A stretch of 61,734 nt of DNA, the filler included. It is 8 parts of 8 records of this genome, joined end to end, with 100 filler letters (N's around TTAATTAATTAA, not from the genome) between each part and the next. Parts side by side here need not be neighbours in the genome. Positions count along the whole stretch, not along the records: positions 30,932 to 37,617 come from SRR20825010_5334; positions 37,718 to 54,172 come from SRR20825010_5342; 6 more parts are not named here. The stretch is one strand, 5' to 3'. Made by a program: the position numbers and the translations under genes. Position 1 is the first letter of the stretch. Every line of letters begins with the position of its first letter. The notes under the pieces are model-generated. The model had not been told where the DNA came from. It did not search any database and saw nothing but the letters and a program-made list of their open reading frames with translations. Below, in pieces: positions 34,197 to 45,300 of the stretch.

Positions 34197-36179
34197 ATGA
34201 ATCCCTTGTATTTGATCGTTCCGTTCGCCCCGCTTGTTGGCTCCATCCTTGCCGGTTTTTTTGGCAAGCAGATTGGCCGAACAGGCGCACACACAGTCAC
34301 CATCGCAGGTGTCGCTATTTCCTTGATCGCCTCCATTCTGGTGTTCATGGATGTGATGGAAGGCAACACCTTCAATGGCACCCTGTATGAATGGGCTGCG
34401 GTAGGCACTTTGGTATTTGAAGTCGGGTTCCTGATTGATACCCTGACCGCAACCATGATGTTGGTGGTGACCAGCGTTTCACTGATGGTGCACATTTACA
34501 CCATCGGCTACATGGAAGAAGATGACGGCTATCAGCGCTTCTTCTCTTACATCTCGCTGTTTACGTTCTCGATGTTAATGCTCGTGATGAGCAACAACTT
34601 CCTGCAGCTGTTCTTCGGCTGGGAAGCAGTGGGTCTGGTTTCCTATTTGTTGATTGGTTTTTGGTACACAAAACCCACAGCCATTTACGCCAACCTGAAA
34701 GCGTTTCTCGTGAACCGCGTTGGCGATTTCGGTTTTATTTTGGGCATTGGCCTGGTCATGGCATCGGCCGGTTCCATGAACTACGCCGAAGTGTTTGCGC
34801 AAGCTGACAATCTTGCGGGCCAAACCATGCCTGGCACCGATTGGCCTTTGTTGGCTGTGGCGTGTATTTGCCTGTTTATCGGCGCCATGGGTAAGTCGGC
34901 CCAGTTTCCGCTGCATGTGTGGCTGCCCGATTCCATGGAAGGCCCAACGCCAATTTCTGCCTTGATTCACGCGGCTACCATGGTTACCGCCGGTATTTTC
35001 ATGGTCAGCCGTATGTCGCCACTGTTTGAACTCAGCGACATCGCCTTGAATTTCGTGCTTGTCATTGGTTCAATTACGGCCTTGTTCATGGGCTTTCTGG
35101 GCATTATTCAAAACGACATCAAGCGTGTGGTTGCGTACTCAACTTTGTCCCAGCTGGGTTACATGACCGTGGCCTTGGGCGTGTCTGCCTACCCAGTCGC
35201 GATTTTCCATCTGATGACCCACGCGTTCTTCAAGGCACTGTTGTTCCTTGGTGCCGGTTCCGTCATCATTGGCATGCACCATGATCAAGACATTCGCCAC
35301 ATGGGCGGGCTGTGGAAGTACATGCCAATCACCTGGCTAACCTCTTTGTTGGGTTCGCTGGCTTTGATTGGTACGCCGTTCTTCTCGGGCTTTTATTCCA
35401 AAGACAGCATCATTGAAGCAGTGCACTTCAGTAATTTGCCTGCGGCCGATTTCGCATATTTCGCCGTGGTCGCTGGTGTGTTCATCACAGCCTTCTACAG
35501 CTTCCGCATGTACTTCCTGGTGTTCCATGGCAAAGAACGTTTCCATGACATTCAGCATCATGACGACCACGGACATGATGACCATGCACACCACGGCCCT
35601 GTGCAGCCGCACGAATCACGTTGGGTAGTTACCTTGCCTTTGATTTTGCTGGCAATTCCTTCGGTCATTATTGGTTACATCGCCGTTGAGCCTATGTTGC
35701 ATGGCACTTTCTTCGAAGGCGTGATCACCATCAAGCCTGAACATGGCGCAATGGCAGGCCTTAGCAGCATTTTCCATGGCGCAGCGGCTATGGGTGTTCA
35801 TTCCCTGCAAACAGCGCCATTCTGGCTTGCTTTGGCCGGTGTTGTGGCCGCTGCCGTGTGCTACCTGTGGGTGCCTGCCATTCCAGCAGCCTTCATGAAA
35901 GTTTTGAAGCCGGTGCACACCTTGCTGGACAACAAGTACTACATGGACAAATTCAACGAAGTGGTTTTCGCCGGCGGCGCACGCGGCCTGGGTGAAGCAC
36001 TGTGGAAGTTCGGTGACCGCATGTTGATCGACGGGTTGTTGGTCAATGGCAGCGCCAGATTGGTCGGTTTGATCTCGGGTGTGGTTCGTTTCGCGCAAAG
36101 TGGTTTTATCTATCACTACGCGTTTGCGATGATTCTTGGCGTGTTGGCCATGATCATTACTTTCATCACACTCAAATAA
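34197..36179 (+). CDS. nuoL: NADH-quinone oxidoreductase subunit L
   Basis: GKSAQFPLHVWLPDSMEGPTPISALIHAATMVTAG, HLMTHAFFKALLF. Confidence 0.97.
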   Translation: MNPLYLIVPFAPLVGSILAGFFGKQIGRTGAHTVTIAGVAISLIASILVFMDVMEGNTFNGTLYEWAAVGTLVFEVGFLIDTLTATMMLVVTSVSLMVHIYTIGYMEEDDGYQRFFSYISLFTFSMLMLVMSNNFLQLFFGWEAVGLVSYLLIGFWYTKPTAIYANLKAFLVNRVGDFGFILGIGLVMASAGSMNYAEVFAQADNLAGQTMPGTDWPLLAVACICLFIGAMGKSAQFPLHVWLPDSMEGPTPISALIHAATMVTAGIFMVSRMSPLFELSDIALNFVLVIGSITALFMGFLGIIQNDIKRVVAYSTLSQLGYMTVALGVSAYPVAIFHLMTHAFFKALLFLGAGSVIIGMHHDQDIRHMGGLWKYMPITWLTSLLGSLALIGTPFFSGFYSKDSIIEAVHFSNLPAADFAYFAVVAGVFITAFYSFRMYFLVFHGKERFHDIQHHDDHGHDDHAHHGPVQPHESRWVVTLPLILLAIPSVIIGYIAVEPMLHGTFFEGVITIKPEHGAMAGLSSIFHGAAAMGVHSLQTAPFWLALAGVVAAAVCYLWVPAIPAAFMKVLKPVHTLLDNKYYMDKFNEVVFAGGARGLGEALWKFGDRMLIDGLLVNGSARLVGLISGVVRFAQSGFIYHYAFAMILGVLAMIITFITLK

Positions 36180-36218
36180 CGAAGGCGGAACTTCGGTTCT
36201 TACGATTGGAAAATATCA

Positions 36219-37617
36219 ATGTCTAATAATGTTCCTTTTCTAAGTTTGGCGATCTGGCTGCCAATCGCCTTTGGTGTCCTGATCATGGCCTTGGGCAATG
36301 ACAAAAATGCGGGCATGGTACGTGGTGCAGCACTGTTGGCCGCTTTGGTCAGTTTTGTAGTCACTTTGCCCTTGTACTTTGGCTTTGATACCAGTACAGC
36401 CCAATTGCAGTTTGTCGAGAACCTGCCCTGGATTGAAGCGTTTGGTGCGTCCTACGGTTTGGGTGTCGATGGTTTGTCGGTGTGGTTCATCATCCTGACT
36501 GCGTTGATCACCGTTTTCGTGGTGGTTGCAGCCTGGGAAGTGATCACTGAAAAAGTGGCGCAGTACATGGCCGCATTCCTGATTTTGTCGGGTTTGATGG
36601 TCGGTGTATTCGCCGCCACCGATGGTCTGTTGTTCTATGTGTTCTTCGAGGCAACCCTGATCCCGATGTACATCATCGTGGGTGTGTGGGGTGGCCCCAA
36701 TCGCATCTATGCAGCGTTCAAGTTTTTCCTGTACACGTTGTTGGGTTCTTTGCTTACGCTGGTCGCGCTTATTTACTTGCAGTTCCAGTCTGGTACTTTT
36801 GAAATTGCTGCCTGGCACAAGCTGCCATTGGGTATGACCGAGCAAATACTGATCTTCCTGGCTTTCCTCATGGCCTTTGCCGTGAAGGTACCCATGTGGC
36901 CGGTGCACACCTGGTTGCCCGATGCCCACGTGGAAGCGCCCACTGGTGGTTCGGTTGTGCTGGCAGCCATCATGTTGAAGCTGGGTGCTTATGGCTTCCT
37001 GCGATTCAGCATGCCGATTGCACCCGACGCAAGCCATGAGTTGGCAGGCTTCATGATCACCTTGTCGCTGATCGCTGTTATTTACATCGGAGTGGTTGCG
37101 CTTGTTCAGAAAGACATGAAAAAGCTGGTGGCGTATTCATCGATTGCACACATGGGTTTTGTAACCCTTGGTTTCTTCATGTTCCAGGACCTGGCAGTGC
37201 AGGGTGCCATCATCCAGATGATTTCTCACGGTTTCGTTTCCGGCGCGATGTTCCTGTGTATTGGCGTGCTGTACGACCGCGTTCACAGCCGTGAAATTTC
37301 AGCCTATGGCGGTGTGGTCAACACCATGCCCAAGTTTGCTGCGTTCTTTTTGCTGTTCGCCATGGCCAACGCAGGCTTGCCTGCTACCAGTGGTTTTGTC
37401 GGTGAATTCATGGTGATTCTGGGCGCGGTGAAGTACAACTTCTGGATTGGTTTGCTTGCTGCAAGCACCCTGATTTTAGGTGCAGCTTATTCGCTGTGGA
37501 TGTACAAGCGCGTGGTGTTTGGTGAAGTGGCCAATGACAACGTGAAACAATTGACCGATGTAAACACCCGTGAATTCCTGATGCTGGGTGCATTGGCAGT
37601 CCTGGTCATGGCCATGG
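36219..37617 (+). CDS. nuoM: NADH-quinone oxidoreductase subunit M (3' truncated)
   Basis: KVPMWPVHTWLPDAHVEAPT, AYSSIAHMG, GFVGEF. Confidence 0.96.
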
Positions 37618-37717
37618 NNNNNNNNNNNNNNNNNNNNNNNNNNNNNNNNNNNNNNNNNNNNTTAATTAATTAANNNNNNNNNNNNNNNNNNNNNNNNNNN
37701 NNNNNNNNNNNNNNNNN
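37618..37717. other. Artificial contig spacer
   Basis: N44-TTAATTAATTAA-N44. Confidence 0.98.
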
Positions 37718-38285
37718 CTCCAAACGGATCAAGCGTCTGGGTGAATCCTCCCAGGAAATTGGTGACATCGTATCGTTGATTAACGACATCGCCGACCAGA
37801 CCAACATTCTCGCATTGAACGCCGCCATTCAGGCATCCATGGCCGGTGAAGCCGGCCGGGGCTTCGCGGTGGTTGCGGATGAGGTACAACGCCTCGCGGA
37901 ACGTTCTGCTGCGGCAACCAAGCAGATTGAAACCCTGGTTAAAACGATTCAGACCGATACCAACGAAGCGGTTATCTCCATGGAAGCCACCACTGCCGAG
38001 GTAGTGAAAGGGGCACGCCTGGCACAGGATGCGGGTGTGGCGCTGGAAGAAATTGAGAACGTATCGAAAACCCTGGCGGACCTGATCCAGAACATTTCCA
38101 ACGCGGCACGCCAGCAGGCGGCCTCCGCGGGTCACATTTCCAACACCATGAACGTGATCCAGGAAATTACCTCACAGACCTCTGCCGGTACCACCGCAAC
38201 AGCACGGTCCATTGGTAACCTGGCCGAGATGGCCCAGGAAATGCGTAACTCCGTTGCCGGCTTCCGCCTGCCGGAGCACTCCTGA
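37718..38285 (+). CDS. pilJ: Methyl-accepting chemotaxis protein PilJ, C-terminal fragment
   Basis: [63 protein letters not shown]. Confidence 0.93.
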
Positions 38286-38316
38286 TCCGGCCTGAGCCGG
38301 TCTCGGGAGACATGCC

Positions 38317-39195
38317 ATGGGTGCTGCAGTGACAGATCGCTGGTCGATCAAAAGCACGCCCGCCATGGATGCGGAGCAGTTCCAGCTATGGCAGGCGCTG
38401 CTGGAAGACCGCACCGGCATGTCGCTGTCCAACGAGCGCAAGACCTTCCTCGAAACCAGCTTGAACATTCGCATGCGCGAGCTGGGCATCGAGGACTACG
38501 ACACCTATTACGAACACCTGATGGTGGGTTCCACCCAGTCACGGGCCATGGAATGGTCCGTGCTGGTGGACCGTCTGACCGTCCAGGAAACCAGTTTCTT
38601 CCGGCATCCCGGTTCCTACGCGCTGGTGGAAGAATTTACTCAGCGTTTCATGGCCGAACAGCCGGCGAGCGCCAGCCTGGATGTGTGGAGCGTGGGCTGC
38701 TCCACCGGTGAGGAAGCCTATTCCCTGGCCATGATGATCAACGAGCAGTTTTCCGCCAGCGAGCAGAAACGGTTCTACGGCATCACGGCCACCGACATCA
38801 GCCTGCCCACCCTGGCCAAGGCCCGCAAAGGCGAATATGCCGCACGCCGGGTATTGCAGGTCGACCCGCTGTTGCGGGACAAGTATTTCGAGCCCACCGG
38901 GAACGGGCAAACCGTGACCATCACCGGGGCACTACGCGAACGCATCTGCTTCGCGCGGCTTAACGTGCTGGATCTCAGCACGGCACCAATGAACAACATG
39001 GATCTGATTTTTTGTCAGAACATGCTGATTTACTTCCGCCGCTGGCGTAAACGTCAGATCGTGAACCGGCTGGCGGAACGGCTCGCACCAGGAGGCATCC
39101 TGATACTCGGGCCCGGGGAAGTGACTGATTGGCAACATCCGGATCTGGAACGGATTCACTTTGCCGATACGCTGGCATTCCGGCGCTGTCGATAG
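38317..39195 (+). CDS. pilK: CheR-type methyltransferase PilK
   Basis: LTVQETSFFRH, VWSVGCSTGEEAYS, DLIFCQNMLIYF. Located between pilJ and chpA. Confidence 0.9.
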   Translation: MGAAVTDRWSIKSTPAMDAEQFQLWQALLEDRTGMSLSNERKTFLETSLNIRMRELGIEDYDTYYEHLMVGSTQSRAMEWSVLVDRLTVQETSFFRHPGSYALVEEFTQRFMAEQPASASLDVWSVGCSTGEEAYSLAMMINEQFSASEQKRFYGITATDISLPTLAKARKGEYAARRVLQVDPLLRDKYFEPTGNGQTVTITGALRERICFARLNVLDLSTAPMNNMDLIFCQNMLIYFRRWRKRQIVNRLAERLAPGGILILGPGEVTDWQHPDLERIHFADTLAFRRCR

Positions 39196-39212
39196 AAACG
39201 CAGAAAGACATA

Positions 39213-39318
39213 ACGCAACACGCGGCACGCAACATGCGGCACGCGAAAAAGAAAAGGCTTGGGGTAGCACCCATCAGCAACCACCGGCTCGGGGCCTGCT
39301 GCATGTTACGTGTTGCGC
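39213..39318. repeat. Inverted arrays of degenerate heptamer ACGCRRC (element A)
   Basis: Left arm ACGCAAC ACGCGGC ACGCAAC ATGCGGC ACGCGAA (39213-39247). Right arm GCTGCAT GTTACGT GTTGCGC (39298-39318) is reverse-complement units. Confidence 0.8.
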
Positions 39319-39372
39319 ATTATAAAAACCTGCCCACCAAAGAAGGCGGGTTGATGTATGACAGGAGACGTC

Positions 39373-42300
39373 ATGAGTGACCGTCACGACTATCTGGCTC
39401 TGGACTGGGTTCGCGGGGAAATCCAGGAAACCCTGAACCAGGCGCAACAGGCACTGGAATCGTTCGTGGACAACCCGGACGACGCCACTCGCATGCGTTT
39501 CTGCCAGACCCACCTGCATCAGGTGTACGGCACCTTGCAGATGGTGGAGTTCTACGGTGCGGCACTGCTCGCCGAAGAAATGGAAAAACTGGCGCAGGCA
39601 CTGCTCGACGGCAATGTAGGCAATGTGACTGACAGCCAGGAAACCCTGATGCGGGCGATCCTGCAGCTGCCGCCATACCTGGACCGGGTCGCCAGCAACC
39701 GCCGAGATCTGCCGGTGGTATTGCTGCCACTGCTCAATGACCTGCGCGCCGCCCGCGGCGAATCCCTGTTGTCGGAAACCTCCCTGTTCAAACCGGATCT
39801 CAGCGAAGCAACCGGGCAAGGCCAGATTCCCGACGACCTGCTCAACGACCCACGCTTTATCCTGCTGGCGAAAAAAATCCGCCAGATGTTCCAGATCGCC
39901 TTGCTCGGCGTACTACGCAACGACAACATGGACGAAAACCTGGGCTACATGGCCAAGGTTTTCACCAAACTGGAACAGGTCACCGGCGACGCACCACGTG
40001 CTCCGCTGTGGTCCATCAGTAACGCGCTGGTGGAAGGCCTCTCCGAAGACGCCATTATTCTCGGCACCTCCGTCAAGCTGATGCTCGGTCACGTGGACCG
40101 CAACCTGCGTGAGCTGGCGGTGGAAGGGGCGGCCAGCCTGAACCGGCCAGCCCCCACCGAACTGATCAAGAACCTGCTCTACTACGTGGCCAAGGCCGAC
40201 GTGGACAGCCCCCGCATCCGCGATGTAAAAGCCCGTTTCCGGCTGGATGAAGCGCTGCCCTCCGATGACCTGGTCAATGAAGAACGCCAGCGGATGACCG
40301 GCCCGGACGCCCAGGCCATGAACTCCGTGGTGCAGGCGCTTTCCGAAGAGCTCACCACAGTGAAAGACGCCCTGGAAAGCTTCGTGCACAGTGGCGACAC
40401 CGATACCAACAAACTGCAACCGCTCACGCTCACCCTGAAGCAGGTAGCCGACACCGTGGCCGTGCTCGGCCTGGGTCAGCCCCGCGCCCTGGTGGAAGAG
40501 CAACTGCACGCCATGGAAGACATTGTCGCCGGCAAGGTCCCCGCCGAACGTGAAAACCTGATGGATATCGCCGGCGCCCTGCTCTATGTGGAAGCCACCC
40601 TGGCCGGCATCAGCGGCGATCGCCGCAGCACCGGCTATGCCGGTCACGGCGACGACATGCCCAGCCATGTGGGCCAGGCCATGGACGCCGTGCTGCGCGA
40701 ATGCCGGGCCGGGCTGGAAGAAGCCAAAGACGGCATCGTGGAATTCATTGCCTCCCAGTGGAATCCCGACCCCCTGCAAGTGGTGCCCGAACGCCTGAAC
40801 GCTGTCCGCGGTGGTCTGGATGTGATCCAGCTAAGCAAACCTGCCCTGATCCTGCGCCAGTGCGTGCAGTTCATCGAAGAAAAGCTGCTGGACGCGGATC
40901 AGCCCAAACCCGACTGGCGCAGCATGGATACCCTCGCTGACGCCATCACCTCGGTGGAATACTACCTGGAGCGTCTCAGCGACGACCCGACCACCACCGA
41001 CGATATCCTGCAGCTGGCCCGCGCCAGTGTGGATGCACTGGGCTATCCGCTGGAAGAAGAACAGGACTTTGACGATAACGACATCGACGTAGAACGCATT
41101 GAACTGGAACAAACGGGACTAGACGCTGACGCCCACGTATCCCAAGAACACGATGTGGATGCCTGGTCCGGATTCTCTGCCAACGGGCAGCTCGACGACG
41201 AAACCGGCACCACCGCACAGGACCAGGACCCCACGCTGGAACTACAGCCGCTGGAGAGCGACGACGAGGGCCCGGATTTCGACAGCAGCGACGATGACGA
41301 ACTGCTCGATCCTACCCTGGAAATCACCGCCCCGGCAGAGCCCGAAACGCACGCACCGCAAGCATCAGACGCCGACACTCATAACGACGATGACGACGAC
41401 CTGATCGATGACGAAATCATCGAGATCTTCCAGGAAGAAGTGGGCGAAGTACTGGACGCCCTGGACGAATACTTCCCGCGCTGGGCCGCTAACACCAGCG
41501 ACGAAGAGTCCCTGGTGGAATTCCGCCGCGCCTTCCACACCCTGAAAGGATCCGGCCGCATGGTCGGCGCCAGCACCGTAGGGGAACTGGGCTGGTCCGT
41601 CGAAAACATGCTGAACCGGGTTATCGACCGCACCATTGTGCCCACCGCCGTATTGATCGCCCTGGTCCAGGAAGTTCGAAATCGCGTACCCGCCCTGGTG
41701 GATGCCTTTACCCTGCGCCAGCCGGACCCGTTTGACGTGCAGCCGCTGGCCGATGCCGCCGACACCCTCGCCGCCGGTGGCCAGATCGATCAGGTACCCG
41801 TGATCGTTGCCGCCGACAGCGCCACCGACACCATCGACGACACCGCGACAGGCACGACCGCTGATGTCAGCCCGGACGCCCTGGAAGCCGATGTGCACAG
41901 CGAGCCCGACAGCACACTGGAACTCACCGAGCTGCCGTCCGCTGAAAACGCCGACGCCACGTCCACCGACCATACCCTGTCCGCCGAGGATCTGGCCGCC
42001 TTTGATGCCGCCAGTGAAGATAGCCTCACCCCCTGGGACACTGACGACAGCAGCGATGACATCCACGTCCTGCCGGTGGACAACGACCTTACCGAGATCG
42101 ACGAAAGCCTCACTCTGGACCTGCCAGAGCAGGAACCGGACTACGACACCCAGGCCCCTGCCCACAGCAGTGCTGCGGCTGCCGAGAGCCTGTCCGACAT
42201 TCCGGACATGAGCGAAGAAGGCCCGGACACCGTCCTGCTGGAAATCTTTTCCAGCGAAGCCCGCCGCAACCTGGCATTGATCGCCCAGTGGCTGGCCGGC

Positions 42301-45300
42301 AACGACACCGACCTGTCCGAACACCCGGTAGACGACAGCGTGCATCGCGCCCTGCACACCCTCAAGGGCAGCGCCCGCATGGCAGAAATCGAAGCCGTGG
42401 CCGAAGTGGCCGAGCCGGCCGAAAAGCTCGCCCGGGACCTGATCAGCAGCAACCGCCGCGCCAACCAGCAACAGGTTGACCTGCTGGCCCAGAGCCACGA
42501 TCTGATTCTCAGCAGTCTGGATCAGCTTGACCCGACCCCGCCGGCCCATCTGCCCGGCGCCGATGCCCTGATCCAGTCACTGAATCAACAACGCGATCAA
42601 CTGCAGGGCAGCGACAGCCCCGGCCCGGATCCGCACATTTTGTCCGTATTCCTGTCCGAAGGCATGGACCTGATCGTGGATGCTGAGCAGCTGCTCAGCC
42701 AGTGGGCACAGCACCCCGAGCACACCGACGAATTGGTGCGACTGCGCGACGAACTGGAACTGCTGTCCAACAGCGCCACCACCGCCGGCCTCAACGAGAT
42801 TCACGATCTGGCCGCGGCTCTGGCTGGCTGCTACAGCGCGGTGGAAGGCGATCGCCTGGCCTACAGCGAACGCTTGTTCGCCCTCGCGGGCGAAGGCCAG
42901 GACGCGTTGATGAACATGATGGACTGCCTGGCCGCCGGCCAGACCGTCCGCCCGGAGCTGGGACTGGTGGATGCCCTGCGCGAGCTGGCCGAAGGCGGCG
43001 GACCCGATGGCGGCCCGGACGGCGGCCTGCCTGTCGATGGCCATAACGACGACAGCAGCGACACCCTGCAAAACAACACGCCCCCGGTTAGCGAGATCTC
43101 CGCGGAGTTTCCGGACAACAGCCGCTACGAAGCCCACCTGGACCCGGAGCTGGTGGAACTGTTTCTGGAAGAGGCCGAAGAAATCCTCGAGTCCGCCAGT
43201 CACATTCTCGACCAGTGGGAAGCCGGCGACAGCAGCAACGTCAGCAGCCTGCAACGCGATCTGCACACGCTCAAGGGCGGCGCCCGCATGGCCGGCGTTG
43301 CCCCGGTCGGCGACCTGGCCCACGAACTGGAAAATCTGTACGAAGGCTATAATGCCGGGCAGCTGGAATCCGATGCGGCCCTTTTCCAGCTCCTGCATCA
43401 GTGCCATGACAGCTTGGCGGTGATGATCGAAAACCTGCAGGCCAACACCGCTCCGGCTGATGCCCCCGCTCTGGTGGCGGCCATTCAGGCCTTCATCCGT
43501 AGCGAAGCCCCGGCGCCCGCTACCCCTGCAAGCCTGAACGACAACAGCACCCAGCCGCTCAAGAGTGTCGAGGACAGTGAATCCAGCGACAGCTCGGCCA
43601 CTGACGCCACCGCGCCCGTTGCGGTTGAGGACGCGCCCGCGCCCGCTGATGCGCCCCCTCAACCGGAGCGCGACCCGGAGCTGGTCGAAATCTTCCTGGA
43701 AGAAGCCGAGGAAATTCTCGAATCCGCCGGCAACAGCCTGGAGCTGTGGATCAGCCAGCAGGACAACCTGCTTGAACTTCAATCCCTGCAGCGTGACCTG
43801 CATACCCTCAAGGGTGGCGCACGCATGGCCGAAGTCCCGGAGCTGGGTGACCTGGGCCACGAACTGGAAACGCTCTACGAAGGGCTGGCCCAGAGCCAGC
43901 TGGCTATCGAACCGAGCTTGTTCGATCTGCTCCATCGCTGCCACGACCAATTGGCGGAGATGGTGGAAGCCCTGAAAGCCGACCGCCCACTGCCCAGTGG
44001 CGAGGTGCTGATCACCGCTATCCACGGCTATGCCGCCGATCCGACGGGCTTTACCCTGCCCGCCATAGCGGCCAGCCCGGTATCACAACCGGCCAGCCCG
44101 CCGCCAGCAACAGCAGCCAGCGAGGCACCCACGCCGGCCAACACCGCCGCCGATGACACCTGGCAGTCAGACAGCGACCCGGAAATTCTGGACATTTTCC
44201 TGGAAGAATCCGAAGAACTGTCGGACATCATCGATGCCTGCCTGACCTCCTGGAAAGATCATCCGGAAAGCACCGACTTTATCGACGATCTGAAACGGGC
44301 GCTGCACACCCTGAAAGGGGGCGCACGACTGGCCGGCCTCAAACAGCTGGGCGACATCAGCCACGATTTCGAAACCTATTTGCTCGACCTGGAAAGCCGT
44401 CGCCAGACGCCCGCCCAGAGCGACTTCCAGCCCATGCTGGATTGGCACGATCAGATCAATCGGGGCATGGAGTCCGTCGCTGCGGCCGCACAAACCAACG
44501 CACCGGTCGCCGAGACCCCGGATGCCGCTGCACCGGCCAACACCTTGCCGGCAGCCACCGACAAACAGCCCGCGCCACAGCAACCGCAGAAAGACGACCG
44601 CCGTCAGCGCCAGAATCAGGCGCAACCGCAAGAAATGGTACGGGTCGGCGCGGATGTGCTTGAGGCTCTGGTAAACCTGGCCGGGGAAACCTCCATCAAC
44701 CGTGGCCGGGTCGAGCAGGGCATCACCGAGTTCGCCTTCAACGTGGAAGAGATGGGCAACACGGTACAGCGCCTTTACGAACAATTGCGCCGGCTGGATT
44801 CGGAAACCGAAGCGCAGATCATGTCCAACTACCAGAAGGGCGTGGATCTCGGCGAATACGACGAGGACTTCGATCCGCTGGAAATGGATCAGTACTCCGA
44901 ATTGCACCAGATCACCAAGCAGCTGTCCGAGTCCGCCTCTGACTTGCTGGATTTGAAGAACACCCTGCTGGACCGCAACAAGGACACCGAAACCCTGCTG
45001 CTGCAGCAGGCACGGATCAACACCGAGCTGCAGGAAAAACTGATGCGCACCCGCATGGTGCCCTTCAGCCGCCTGGTGCCGCGTCTGCGCCGTATCGTCC
45101 GGCAGATTTCCGGCGAAGTGGACAAGCGCGTGGACTTCGATGTGCTCAACCCGGAAGGGGAGCTGGACCGTTCCCTGATGGAGCGTGTGGTCGCCCCACT
45201 GGAGCATATGCTGCGTAATGCCGTAGACCACGGTATCGAAACCAGTGAAGGCCGTCAGTCTGCCGGCAAGGACAGCACCGGTCGCATCAACCTGGAACTG

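Noticed and set aside
35555..35615. His/Asp-rich stretch in NuoL as a novel metal-binding insert
   Set aside because: His-rich loops at this position are common in proteobacterial NuoL.
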